DNA of 64,000 nt from Candidatus Kryptoniota bacterium (GTDB lineage Bacteria > Bacteroidota > Ignavibacteria > Kryptoniales > JAKASW01). A model generated the notes under the pieces. That model saw only the letters and a program-made list of their open reading frames with translations. It was not told where the DNA came from and ran no database searches. The stretch lies in contig JBJKQU010000061.1 of the NCBI GenBank assembly GCA_046705025.1, forward strand, positions 20,007 through 84,006, written 5' to 3'. Of this stretch, positions 29,324 to 40,394 are shown piece after piece; position 1 is the first letter of the stretch, and the number at the start of each line of letters is the position of its first letter. A program made the position numbers and the translations under genes.

Positions 29324-30608
29324 AGAATTCCCTCACCTTGGCCGCAACAGCCGCAGAAGCCCCCAGGTGCCTGTCCACGAAACTCTTGGCAATACTTCCA
29401 GCGTTCTTCCTGACTACGCTATTCTCGACCATCCTGGACAGGACCCGGTATGCGCCCGCAGAATCCTTGACGAAGAAGAGTGCCCCCGTCTGCATGAGTT
29501 GGAGAGCCTCATCCGACCGCTCGATCCGGGGGCCGGTTATCACAGGGATTCCGTAAACAGCCGGCTCGAGGACATTGTGGACGCCGGCTCCGAACCCGCC
29601 GCCTACGTACGCCAGATCACCGAGTACGTATAGCTGTGCCAATATCCCCACACGGTCGACGATTAAAAACGAAAAGTCATTATCTCCCGCCCCGATCTCC
29701 GACATGACTTTCGCCGCAGGAAATTGTGATTTCAGCCGGTTCACTTCCTCAGTGGTCGGCTCATGAGGCACAACCAAAACGGTAAGCGAAGAAAACCTCT
29801 TCGACAACCTGTTTAATCCCGGAGCGAGGACCTCTGTATCCTGATGCCACGTGCTTCCAAGCACGACGACGACCTTCTTGGATTTGTCAAGAACGAACGG
29901 GACATTCTTCTCGATATTATTGGAAGCGCGACGGCTGAACACCCTGTCGAATCGCGTGTCGCCGACGACGGTTGTAATCTCAGTGCCGAGAAAAAAGTCG
30001 AACATCTTTTTATGTTCCGACGTCGTGGCAAGAATCAGGTCCGACAGGCCGTACAGTTTCTTGAAAAAACTCTTCAAGAAATCAGCCCTTTGAAACAGCT
30101 TGACAGGGAACGTGGCATCTGCCAAAATGAGTTTTGCCCCGAATTCCTTGGCCGCGATAAGGTGATTCAGCCACAGGTCGTACCTCATGACAACGACTAC
30201 ATCGGGCTTGACTAGCCGCACAAATTTCCGCGCATTCTTGGGGCAGTCGAAAGGTATATAGGTAACCACGTCGGCATTGGGGTATTTGCGCGAATATTCG
30301 TATCCGGAGGGAGAAAAGAATGACACTATGATCCGGTAGCCGGCCTGTTTAAGAATCTCTATAATCGGCTTCGCCTGTTCAAACTCTCCGAATGAAGATG
30401 CATGGAACCAGATTCTCTTTCCGTCCGGCACTTTTGCCAGTTTATTCCGGAGTTCGATGAAGAGATTCTTCCGGCCTCTGAGGCCACGCCGCGCCTTCAT
30501 GTTGAACACCGATACGGCCCCGAAAACTCCGCACATCAATGGTACAAACACATGCGAGTAAAGAAAGCGAGTCGTACTGGAGACTTCTACTACCTTTTGC
30601 TTAGCCAC
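29313..30608 (-). CDS. waaA: 3-deoxy-D-manno-octulosonic acid (Kdo) transferase
   Basis: 431-aa ORF. The motifs IWFHASSFGEFEQAKPII, VPHEP and GGGFGAGVHNVLEPA are typical of KdtA/WaaA. Confidence 0.9.
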   Translation of the reverse strand: MAKQKVVEVSSTTRFLYSHVFVPLMCGVFGAVSVFNMKARRGLRGRKNLFIELRNKLAKVPDGKRIWFHASSFGEFEQAKPIIEILKQAGYRIIVSFFSPSGYEYSRKYPNADVVTYIPFDCPKNARKFVRLVKPDVVVVMRYDLWLNHLIAAKEFGAKLILADATFPVKLFQRADFLKSFFKKLYGLSDLILATTSEHKKMFDFFLGTEITTVVGDTRFDRVFSRRASNNIEKNVPFVLDKSKKVVVVLGSTWHQDTEVLAPGLNRLSKRFSSLTVLVVPHEPTTEEVNRLKSQFPAAKVMSEIGAGDNDFSFLIVDRVGILAQLYVLGDLAYVGGGFGAGVHNVLEPAVYGIPVITGPRIERSDEALQLMQTGALFFVKDSAGAYRVLSRMVENSVVRKNAGSIAKSFVDRHLGASAAVAAKVREFCGE

Positions 30609-31837
30609 GTTTCCGGATCCTGTTTGTTCGTGTTCACCCAGACTTCAAAATGCAAAATGGATCCACCCAGAGACTCTCCGACGGTCCCTATCGGCTCTCC
30701 GGCCGTCACCCGGTCACCTTCTTTGACGAAGATGTCCGACAGGTGAGAGTACACCGTTCGAAGCCCGTTATGATTGTTGATGATAATAAGATTCCCATAC
30801 GACGGCAGCCAGAATATCCTGGCGACCTGTCCGTTTGCTACACTCCTCACCTGGCTGTTCTCGGGCACGGCGATGTCGATGCCGTAGTTAAGTGTGACGG
30901 TCTTCAGCACCGGATTCTCATGTTCGCCGTAGGTGGCTACCACCTTGCCGCTGCTCACGGGCCATGGGAGGTGCCCCTTCAACGCGGCTACAGTTTTTGG
31001 CACGAATGGCGACGCGGTCGCCGCGTTTTCTCCTGCAGTGCCCCTTGCCGGCTTTCTGCGAGCTTCGGCAGCTATCAGGCCCTGTATCAGCCTCTCGAGA
31101 TCTACAGCGGCGCTCCGTGACCTTCTGAGCTGCTCGGCGTACACCTTCTTATCCTTACGCAGCCTTCGTATCAACGTCCTGTGCTCCACGATTCTCGAAG
31201 CCAGCACCCTCTCATCCGATCTCCTTCGCCCGAGGTAGTCTTGCTGTTGCGCGAGCTGCCGGCGGAGTTCCTCTTTCAGGCCGACCAGCTTCTCCTTCTC
31301 AGAACTTATTGAACTCAGGTCGAGCCGTGTCTGATCGGAAAACTTCCTCAGGTATTCGTACCTTACCAGCATCTCATTGACGGAAGACGCCGTCAGTATT
31401 AATTCAAGGTCGTGCATCCTCCCCTGCCGGTAGAAGCCCCTGGCGAATTCGGCATACTCCGTCTTCAATTTGTCCAGCCTCGAAGTCGCTTCACTTATTT
31501 TGCTTTCCACTTCATCAATGCGGCGGGAGTTCTCATCCATCCGATTCGAGATCTCTTTTATACCTTGTCGTGTCTTCAGGTTTTGCCTCTCGAGCCGATC
31601 GAGAGCCCCGAAAGAAACCGATTCCTTTCTGCTGCTCTCGGCGATCTTCTTCTCGTAGAGCTTTATGTTTCCGCGAAGTGTCCTCAGCTCCTGCTTCTTC
31701 GTATTCAGCTTGTGTTTGTCCTGCCCGTACGACTCCGGCGAGAGAACCACGGCAACGCACAAAACCGATAGCAGAGATACGCTAATAAAGAATAACCTTC
31801 TTCGCATCAGCGGGAATATTGAAATCGACCGTCTCAT
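30590..31837 (-). CDS. M23 family peptidase with long coiled-coil (EnvC-like murein hydrolase activator)
   Basis: 415-aa ORF with a signal/TM segment and about 230 aa of coiled coil. The C-terminal LytM domain carries GIDIAVP, YSHL and HFEVW. Confidence 0.85.
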   Translation of the reverse strand: MRRSISIFPLMRRRLFFISVSLLSVLCVAVVLSPESYGQDKHKLNTKKQELRTLRGNIKLYEKKIAESSRKESVSFGALDRLERQNLKTRQGIKEISNRMDENSRRIDEVESKISEATSRLDKLKTEYAEFARGFYRQGRMHDLELILTASSVNEMLVRYEYLRKFSDQTRLDLSSISSEKEKLVGLKEELRRQLAQQQDYLGRRRSDERVLASRIVEHRTLIRRLRKDKKVYAEQLRRSRSAAVDLERLIQGLIAAEARRKPARGTAGENAATASPFVPKTVAALKGHLPWPVSSGKVVATYGEHENPVLKTVTLNYGIDIAVPENSQVRSVANGQVARIFWLPSYGNLIIINNHNGLRTVYSHLSDIFVKEGDRVTAGEPIGTVGESLGGSILHFEVWVNTNKQDPETWLSKR

Positions 31838-32543
31838 CTTGATTCAGTGTGATATCCTCATAAAACAGCCGGGCAGACACACCGCGCCTCAAATCTTCAA
31901 AAAATACCCTTCTTGGAAAATAGCTGTTGTCGACGCTGGTGAAATCCGAATACCCGATCTTCAGCACAGTCTCTCCGTTGATCACCTTTTCATAATCCCT
32001 GGTGCGCATGTATTTGCCGTCGACAGTGTATTCCTCGACGGTATCCTCATCGACATAAGTGAAGCTGACGACGTTCCCGTTTGCCCGTGAGAAATGGCGG
32101 GCCGCATCGAGGCGGCTGAGCGGCGTCATCAGGTCGAGCAGCAGATCGGTGAAGGAATCACCGTTCGTCGCGACCATCAGCAGGTTTCTGAGATTCGCCT
32201 GTGTCGGCTTTGCGACGTAGACCTCATTATGCATGCTGTTGTAGACGAGAAGAGTATCTGCAGTCAGTTTCACCTGCATGACCTTTATGCCGAATGGACC
32301 GTAGAGGCTTACGTCGGCTGAAGAGGGTCTCTTGATCGAAAGATCGAACCTCGCGCTGTAGGCGCCCTGTCTAGTTTGGAAATTACCGTACCCGCTCGAT
32401 GAGAAATATTTCAACGAGCGGGACTGACTCTCGATATTCTCGGCCACCTGAGTCGCCGAAATACCATTCATATTCACGTACGAAGTAGTCGCACATCCTG
32501 CCAGTAGGAGAGCAGCTGCGAACAGAAGCAGGAGACGGTTCAA
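31782..32543 (-). CDS. DUF4292-like (LolB-fold) lipoprotein
   Basis: 253-aa ORF with a lipobox (LLLAGCATT). The conserved TPR - lipoprotein - M23 gene order is known from Bacteroidota-like genomes. The assignment is from memory only. Confidence 0.5.
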   Translation of the reverse strand: MNRLLLLFAAALLLAGCATTSYVNMNGISATQVAENIESQSRSLKYFSSSGYGNFQTRQGAYSARFDLSIKRPSSADVSLYGPFGIKVMQVKLTADTLLVYNSMHNEVYVAKPTQANLRNLLMVATNGDSFTDLLLDLMTPLSRLDAARHFSRANGNVVSFTYVDEDTVEEYTVDGKYMRTRDYEKVINGETVLKIGYSDFTSVDNSYFPRRVFFEDLRRGVSARLFYEDITLNQDETVDFNIPADAKKVILY

Positions 32544-34321
32544 ATCTTCGCTTTCTCAATCTTTTCTTTTAGCGATTGGTTTTTGGGGTCAACCTCAAGA
32601 GCCCTCTTCCAATGGTGAACAGCCTCCTTCTCATTACCCAGTTTCTGGTAGATGTCGCCCAGGTGTTCTTCCAGCGTAGCCGGCGATCCGTCCGACGGTT
32701 TTCTCACCGACAGTGCCTTCTTTACATACTCTTCCGCTTTTTCATATTCGGTCAACTTGTAGTAGATCCACCCCATTGTGTCGAGAAAGGCGCTGTTGTT
32801 TGGATCCAGCTTGATGGCAAGTTGGGCCATTTTCAGCGCCTTTTGCAGGTCGAGCCCTCTTTCAGAGAGGCTGTATGCGTAATTGTTCAGAATGATTGAA
32901 TTCTTCGAATCCACCTTAAGTGCCGTCTCGTAAATCCTATCTGCGTCGTTGTATCTGTTGAGTGCTTCGTAGACCGTAGCAAGTGTACCGAGTGCGTTCA
33001 CGTCGGTAGGCCTAAGCGATACTGCCTTTTCAAGCGGTTTTACCGCGTCCTTATTATCTCCCGACATATTCAACGCAAGGCCATAAAACAAGTTTATCCT
33101 GAAATTGTCAGGGAAAATCTGTACGGCTCTTGACATCGCTCTTGCCATCTTGTCGTATTCGTTATTCTGATAGTAAAAAGCTGCGATTGCGTCCCAGGCA
33201 TTCTGATTGGTTGAATCCATATCTACAGACTTTTCGAGATACTTCTCAGCAACAGAATCCTGGTTAGCGTACGAGGCACCGAGGCCGGCCATGAGGTATG
33301 ACCTTGGATCGTGGGGATATAATGCAAGTAATCTGTGAAAAATCTGTTCAGCGAACGGAACCAGCACCGAATCACGCTGCATCTCGTCGAGGTAGAACTG
33401 ACCGATAGCGAACTTGGCGTCGGCCCTGCTTGAATCGGAAGTGAAGATGGTACCAAGCAGGCTGTCGGCGTGATTGAAATCCTTCATGCGTAAGTATGCA
33501 GTGGCAGCTAGAGCCTTCAGTTGGAAATCCTTCTTGTCTTCCTGCATGAGTCTCTGGAGAACCTCAACGGCATCTGTATTCTGTCCCGTCTGGAGGTAAA
33601 GGCGCGCAAGCATCTCTTTCAGCTTTGCGTTGCCCGGATCAACCCGTATCATCTCCTTGATCATGCTGATCGACTTCTGGAACTCCTCGGTGGAATTATA
33701 GAGTTGGACCAGCTGCATCATCGTGGGAAGATCAGGTCCGGTGAGATCCAGGACTCTTTCGTACAGCTTCACTGCTTTTTGAGGGTCGTCTTTCTGATAT
33801 AACTGTGCAAGAATCAGCATATCGCCGACCTGAGTGCTGTCGATGGAGACAATCTTTGCGAACTGAACGCGGGCACTGTCCAGGTTGAAAACCGAGAGAT
33901 AGGCCTGTGCCAGTGTCCTCCGGTAGTTCACGTCAGTCGGTGAAAGATCGACCGCCTGCCTGGCTTCACTGATGGCCATATCAGATTTACCAATCTTGAC
34001 GTAGTCCTGGGCCATAGCATCCAGTATCGCCGGTGAACGGTAATACCTGAGGGCATCCTGATAATCGAGTATCGCATTGGCATAGTTGCCGAGTACATCG
34101 CTCAGATTTCCATCTATGAAGTGACCCATCGCCGCCCGATAGTCAGCCCCGTGTACGACCAGATCCGGCCGCATCTCTGTTTCGGCAGCCGGCTTCACCG
34201 CCTGTTTAGTCGTGGAGCATCCGGATATTGCAAGCGCCGATAAAGCGATGGCTATGAAAGCAAACCTATACACAACTTCTCCTCTTCGGCTAAATTTAAG
34301 TTTGGATGGGATTCCAAACAA
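32540..34321 (-). CDS. tetratricopeptide repeat lipoprotein
   Basis: 593-aa ORF with a lipobox-like ISGCSTT and TPR units throughout. Confidence 0.8.
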   Translation of the reverse strand: MFGIPSKLKFSRRGEVVYRFAFIAIALSALAISGCSTTKQAVKPAAETEMRPDLVVHGADYRAAMGHFIDGNLSDVLGNYANAILDYQDALRYYRSPAILDAMAQDYVKIGKSDMAISEARQAVDLSPTDVNYRRTLAQAYLSVFNLDSARVQFAKIVSIDSTQVGDMLILAQLYQKDDPQKAVKLYERVLDLTGPDLPTMMQLVQLYNSTEEFQKSISMIKEMIRVDPGNAKLKEMLARLYLQTGQNTDAVEVLQRLMQEDKKDFQLKALAATAYLRMKDFNHADSLLGTIFTSDSSRADAKFAIGQFYLDEMQRDSVLVPFAEQIFHRLLALYPHDPRSYLMAGLGASYANQDSVAEKYLEKSVDMDSTNQNAWDAIAAFYYQNNEYDKMARAMSRAVQIFPDNFRINLFYGLALNMSGDNKDAVKPLEKAVSLRPTDVNALGTLATVYEALNRYNDADRIYETALKVDSKNSIILNNYAYSLSERGLDLQKALKMAQLAIKLDPNNSAFLDTMGWIYYKLTEYEKAEEYVKKALSVRKPSDGSPATLEEHLGDIYQKLGNEKEAVHHWKRALEVDPKNQSLKEKIEKAKI

Positions 34322-34325
34322 GAAA

Positions 34326-34352
34326 GGAAAAAAGACACGAAGTGAAATGTCT
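34326..34352 (-). terminator. weak candidate intrinsic terminator after atpC
   Basis: The minus strand reads AGACA-tttcacttcg-TGTCT followed by TTTTTT. The stem is only 5 bp. Confidence 0.3.
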
Positions 34353-34361
34353 GTCGCGGAG

Positions 34362-34771
34362 CTAGAGAGTCCCTGCTATTTTCAATCGATTGATGGCCCT
34401 TGCCAGAGCGGCGCGAGCCCTGTCGATATCGGTTCCGGGTTCCTTCTTCTGTAGTCTCTCTTCGGCGCGCGCCTTTGCAGCCTGGGCTCTCTTGGTATCG
34501 ATCTCTTCCTTCTTCTCAGCAGTATCGGCCAGAAAGATCACGTTGTTCTTGTTCACCTCGACGAAACCGCCGCTCGCGGCAAATACAGTCTCCTCCCCGG
34601 ATTGATCGACGAACTTGGCTAGCCCGACCGCGACAGCCGACAATAGCGGTGCGTGATTGCGGAGGACTTCAAAAGCGCCAACCACTCCCGGTGCGGAAAA
34701 CGACTCAACCGAACCGGAAAAGATACCTTTCTGCGGAGTAACTATCTCGAGATTGAAAAGGTTGTCAGCCA

Positions 34772-34772
<1 letters not shown>
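34362..34772 (-). CDS. atpC: F0F1 ATP synthase subunit epsilon
   Basis: 136-aa ORF directly after atpD. The N-terminus LEIVTPQKGIFSG...V..PG..G.F.VL..HAP is typical. Confidence 0.9.
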
Positions 34773-36205
<1,433 letters not shown>

Positions 36206-36376
36206 TTAATATAGAAGCCAGACCGTACATATTCAATTGCAAAATTCTCCCTGTTACCGCCGTGTTGCCGACGCACCCGGACCGGCCTCATAACGTGAAA
36301 ATCTTTTCATTTCATTTTAATTGCCGATTCATACGCCGGCTGCAATATTGTACGCAGAAAAAAGGAGAACTGAAAA

Positions 36377-37918
36377 ATGGCTGAGTTAATAAAAAGAAAA
36401 CTAGTTTATGGAATCGGGGCTCTGGGGCTAATTAGCGCTCTGTTCATACTCACAATGGGGTTAACGTACGGAAAAATAGGCGGGACTCACAAGTATGTGA
36501 AACTCGGTTCGGAGAAGCCGCCCATAACAAAAATGGCCCCGTCGGTTCAGGAATTGAGCAACGCCTTTATTTCAGTGGCGAAGGCTGTTACTCCTGCGGT
36601 GGTTCAAATTAGAGTCACGTCCACCCCGCAGGCGGTAAACGTGCCGAACGGCGGGCAATCTCAAAACGGGAACATTTTCAAGTTCTTTTTCGGACCGAAC
36701 TTCCCATTTCATAATTTCAACATGCCTAATCCTAAACCGCAACCTGAGGAGGCTCTAGGCTCGGGGATAATAGTAAGCCCTGAGGGTTACATAATCACGA
36801 ACAATCACGTCGTGCAGGGTGCGGACCACGACGGAATCAAAGTCACGCTGTTGAACAGAAAGTCCTATCACGCAAAGCTGATCGGGCGGGACCCAACTAC
36901 CGACATAGCCGTGATTAAAATTGACGGTCACGACCTGCCGTATGTCTCACTAGGGAATTCCGACAGTGCACATGTCGGAGAATGGGTCGTTGCAATCGGC
37001 AATCCGTTCGGACTGGACTATACAGTCACTCAGGGAATCATTAGTGCGCTCGGCAGAAACATCGGCATAATACGCAGCAAGTACGGCATCGAGGATTTCA
37101 TCCAGACTGATGCCGTGATTAATCCCGGAAACAGCGGCGGCCCGCTGGTGAATCTGCGCGGACAGGTTGTCGGAATAAACACCGCAATTGCAACCAACAC
37201 GGGTTCGTACGAAGGATACGGATTTGCCATCCCGATTAATATCGCGAAAGAGGTCGCAGAGGATATTATTGAACACGGCAAGGTAATAAGACCTTACATC
37301 GGTGTCGAGATACAGGATGTCGACCAGACGATGGCCAAGGCTCTCGGAATGCACAGCGCGCATGGCGCCATAGTACAATCAGTTGAGAGCAGTTCACCCG
37401 CCGAGAAAGCCGGAATTAAGGCAGGAGACGTAATACTGAAGTTCGACGGCGCAGAAGTCGAACGCGCCAACCAGCTGCAGGCTCTCGTCGCATCGAAACA
37501 ACCCGGCGATAAGGTCAATGTAGAGGTCCTTCACAACGGCAAGAAAGAGGAAAGGACGGTAGTGTTGAAAGCAAGAAGCGGAGGGCAATTCGCGGTCAAT
37601 AACGCTTCCTCAACTTCTTCATCGGCTGATCTGAGTTCTCTCGGGCTGTCGGTGCAGAATGCCAGCAAGGATACTCTGACGAAATACGGCAAAAAGTACG
37701 GTGTCCTGGTTGCCAATGTCGCGCCCGGCAGCGAGGCGGATAATCGCGGCATACAGAGCGGGGATCTGATTACCAGCGTAGACAACCAACCGGTAAAGAA
37801 CACGAGCGAACTCCAGAAAATAGTGAAAGCTCACAAACCCGGCGACGCACTCTTGTTCAGGGTCACGACCCCTTCGAAGGTAAGCGCGTTCCTGGCACTC
37901 GAAATTCCAAAGAAGTAG
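36377..37918 (+). CDS. degP: Do/DegP/HtrA family serine endoprotease with two PDZ domains
   Basis: 513-aa ORF with the catalytic triad context TNNHVV, DIAVIKI and GNSGGPLVN, followed by two PDZ-like segments. Confidence 0.92.
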   Translation: MAELIKRKLVYGIGALGLISALFILTMGLTYGKIGGTHKYVKLGSEKPPITKMAPSVQELSNAFISVAKAVTPAVVQIRVTSTPQAVNVPNGGQSQNGNIFKFFFGPNFPFHNFNMPNPKPQPEEALGSGIIVSPEGYIITNNHVVQGADHDGIKVTLLNRKSYHAKLIGRDPTTDIAVIKIDGHDLPYVSLGNSDSAHVGEWVVAIGNPFGLDYTVTQGIISALGRNIGIIRSKYGIEDFIQTDAVINPGNSGGPLVNLRGQVVGINTAIATNTGSYEGYGFAIPINIAKEVAEDIIEHGKVIRPYIGVEIQDVDQTMAKALGMHSAHGAIVQSVESSSPAEKAGIKAGDVILKFDGAEVERANQLQALVASKQPGDKVNVEVLHNGKKEERTVVLKARSGGQFAVNNASSTSSSADLSSLGLSVQNASKDTLTKYGKKYGVLVANVAPGSEADNRGIQSGDLITSVDNQPVKNTSELQKIVKAHKPGDALLFRVTTPSKVSAFLALEIPKK

Positions 37919-37944
37919 ATTTTGCTCCACTCCCCCAATAAGAT

Positions 37945-37982
37945 GAAGGCGGTCAGCCCAACGGCGGCCGCCTTCTCTTTTT
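37945..37982 (+). terminator. rho-independent terminator after degP, possibly bidirectional with the convergent DUF971 gene
   Basis: GAAGGCGG (37945-37952) pairs with CCGCCTTC (37968-37975) and is followed by TCTTTTT. Confidence 0.75.
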
Positions 37983-38056
37983 CACCACTGCGAAACTCGA
38001 AGCCCTCTCATCAACAGTCCCCTTCCGCCAACGGCCAGTCTCAATTAAGCCTTTCC

Positions 38057-38395
38057 TCATCCCTCTTCTGTGGATGCGGAAGCGACTTTACCGTATTCGT
38101 CACAAATCTTCCTGAGGTAATCGAATGCATACAGCCCGGTGTTGTGCCCGTCCACCCATGTCAACGCTATCGCATAGTTGCCCACTATCTCCGCAGACTT
38201 CAGATTGTATTTGCCCGGCGTGAGCACGGGCAGCGGAGACGGCTTGTAATCATGCCAGAGCACAGATTCTCCTGCACATGATGCGCACGGACACCTGTCG
38301 CGAAGATACTTCATGGTGAGTGTGAACGCACTGCCGTCGTCCCACTTTATAAAAATCTCGTTATCGTTCAGCTTCTTGAATTCTGCCGGGTACAT
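38057..38395 (-). CDS. DUF971 domain protein (gamma-butyrobetaine hydroxylase-like N-terminal domain)
   Basis: 112-aa ORF with the pattern IKWDDG....L....LR..CPCA.C...........I...GNYA....W.DGH.TG.Y. Confidence 0.65.
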   Translation of the reverse strand: MYPAEFKKLNDNEIFIKWDDGSAFTLTMKYLRDRCPCASCAGESVLWHDYKPSPLPVLTPGKYNLKSAEIVGNYAIALTWVDGHNTGLYAFDYLRKICDEYGKVASASTEEG

Positions 38396-38455
38396 TCTCA
38401 GCTCCCTGATATATGGATGAGCTGCCCGCCTGCTCGGGCAGGCAGCTCGGGTGTC

Positions 38456-38992
38456 TTACTTTTTCCAGTTTTTCCTGTGAAGCATCGCCAGTTCTTCCAT
38501 CACTTGCTTCGCATGAATCTTCGGGTCCACGTTTTCATAGATCTTCACAATCCTTCCCCGGGGATTGATGATGAAGGTGGTCCTGTTTGCCATCTTCCAT
38601 TTCGCATTATAGTCTCCGTATTCACTTACCACTTTGTGATGGGGATCGGCAAGCAAAAGGAAGTCCAGACCATACTTCTTGATGAAAGCGTCGTGGGACT
38701 TTACAGTCTGAACGCTGACGCCGATCACCTTTGCACCGTCCTTCGTGATGGTTGAAATGTGATCTCTGAAATTGCACGCTTCCGTCGTGCAGCCGGGGGT
38801 CTCATCCTTCGGGTAGAAGTACAAGACGACATACCTGCCTCTATATTCCTTCAAGGAATGCATGTGGCCGTCGCTTCCCTTCAGGGTGAAGTTCGGGGCC
38901 ATCTCTCCGACCTTGAGGGTGATCTTGGCGCTGGCACTGACCGTAATGCCCAGCAATATCGCCAACAAGGGCGCTATGGATCTTCTGAACAT
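38456..38992 (-). CDS. bcp: peroxiredoxin (Bcp/thiol peroxidase type) with signal peptide
   Basis: 178-aa ORF with the signal [22 protein letters not shown] and the peroxidatic Cys motif [14 protein letters not shown]. Confidence 0.85.
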   Translation of the reverse strand: MFRRSIAPLLAILLGITVSASAKITLKVGEMAPNFTLKGSDGHMHSLKEYRGRYVVLYFYPKDETPGCTTEACNFRDHISTITKDGAKVIGVSVQTVKSHDAFIKKYGLDFLLLADPHHKVVSEYGDYNAKWKMANRTTFIINPRGRIVKIYENVDPKIHAKQVMEELAMLHRKNWKK

Positions 38993-39005
38993 TTCTTCCT
39001 CCTCT

Positions 39006-39752
39006 TTATTTGAAAAACAGATGACATAGTTTTTGGTTTAAATCGAACCCGAAAAAGTCATCTCCGTTGAAGTCGAAATCGGCTTTGCTCTCGTACCCAA
39101 GCCAATTCCAGTTTTCGACGACTTTCGCTCGTTCGTCCGGCCGAAGCTCGTTGAACTCAATAACACAGTTGGAGAACTCTGGGTGCCCGTCATATTTGTC
39201 GGGATTCACGACGGCGAAGACTCTCCTGGTGGATTTGAGCTCGTCCAGCAATTCAGGGGATACGCCTGCAACGGCTGCTTCCACATCGCCGTTAGTCAGT
39301 CTTACCAGGTGAGTTTTTACGAAGCTTCCCTCGTCAAAGACGTCAAGAAAAGCCGTGGGAGCTATACGCGAGACTTTCAGAAGGAAATCAAGAACGAGAA
39401 AGGCGTTGAACTCGTTATCGGCAACTCTCGTGAAACCGCTGGCAATCATGCCGTCCTCGTAGCCGCCGCGTTTCACTATGATCAGCCCTTTCGCTTCCAG
39501 CTCGTTTATCATCTCCACCTCGGAATAGCCCGCCTTCCTGAGCTCCGAGAATTTTCTCCGTATCTCTGCAACATTTCTCCCTGCTGAATCGTAATTGGGA
39601 AACACGAAAAACCGCCTGAGGTCGATCTTCCCTCCCGTCCAGAAGAATTCCGAGTTGTACCAGTTCTGAAGTGAGCGTATCTCGTCCCATTCTTCGTCGG
39701 AAATGAAATTGTCACCGTCGTCGGGTATTCGATAGAATATTTTTCGTGCCAT
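39006..39752 (-). CDS. hypothetical protein (no recognised family)
   Basis: 248-aa ORF starting 1 nt after the ribE stop. It is acidic and aromatic-rich, with no TM segment or signal. Confidence 0.55.
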   Translation of the reverse strand: MARKIFYRIPDDGDNFISDEEWDEIRSLQNWYNSEFFWTGGKIDLRRFFVFPNYDSAGRNVAEIRRKFSELRKAGYSEVEMINELEAKGLIIVKRGGYEDGMIASGFTRVADNEFNAFLVLDFLLKVSRIAPTAFLDVFDEGSFVKTHLVRLTNGDVEAAVAGVSPELLDELKSTRRVFAVVNPDKYDGHPEFSNCVIEFNELRPDERAKVVENWNWLGYESKADFDFNGDDFFGFDLNQKLCHLFFK

Positions 39753-39753
39753 G

Positions 39754-40344
39754 TTATTTCTTCAATAAGCTTTCTACATATTTTGCGATCATGTCTGTCT
39801 CGATATTCACTTCGCTCCCGACACGGAGGAATTTGAATGCAGTATTGTCGAAAGTGTGAGGTATTATCGCGACGCGAAAACCGTCGGTCAGCTTTTCCGC
39901 AACGGTCAGGCTCACTCCGTTTATCGCGATGCTCCCGACAGGGACAACATACCTCATCAAGCTTCGAGGTATCCTGAACCTGAACATCCTGCTTAAAGGC
40001 AATTTCTCAATCGAAACCACTTTGCCGGTCGCATCCACATGTCCCTGGACGATATGGCCGCCGAGTCTGCTGTTCAGGCTCGCCGCCCTCTCCAGATTCA
40101 CGGAGTCGCCCGGCTTGCAGCTGCCAAGAGTGGTCTTTTTTATCGTCTCTTCCACTGCCTCAACTGCAATTCTGCCTTTGTTCCTCTCAACAATAGTCAG
40201 ACAAACTCCGTTCACCGCCAGACTGTCTCCAATCTTCAAATCACCCAGGACAGATCTGCATTTTATGCGAAATTCCCTCGCTCCCTTGCCGGAACCTCTT
40301 ATTTCTTCTATAGTTCCCATTTCTTCAATGATTCCCGTAAACAC
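39754..40344 (-). CDS. ribE: riboflavin synthase (alpha chain)
   Basis: 196-aa ORF with the MFTGIIEE start and duplicated lumazine-binding repeats (GDSLAVNGVCLT and GSIAINGVSLT). Confidence 0.9.
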   Translation of the reverse strand: MFTGIIEEMGTIEEIRGSGKGAREFRIKCRSVLGDLKIGDSLAVNGVCLTIVERNKGRIAVEAVEETIKKTTLGSCKPGDSVNLERAASLNSRLGGHIVQGHVDATGKVVSIEKLPLSRMFRFRIPRSLMRYVVPVGSIAINGVSLTVAEKLTDGFRVAIIPHTFDNTAFKFLRVGSEVNIETDMIAKYVESLLKK

Positions 40345-40394
40345 TATTCACCCTCCTGAATACTTATGATGGACATCTTGCGCACACATGGACT

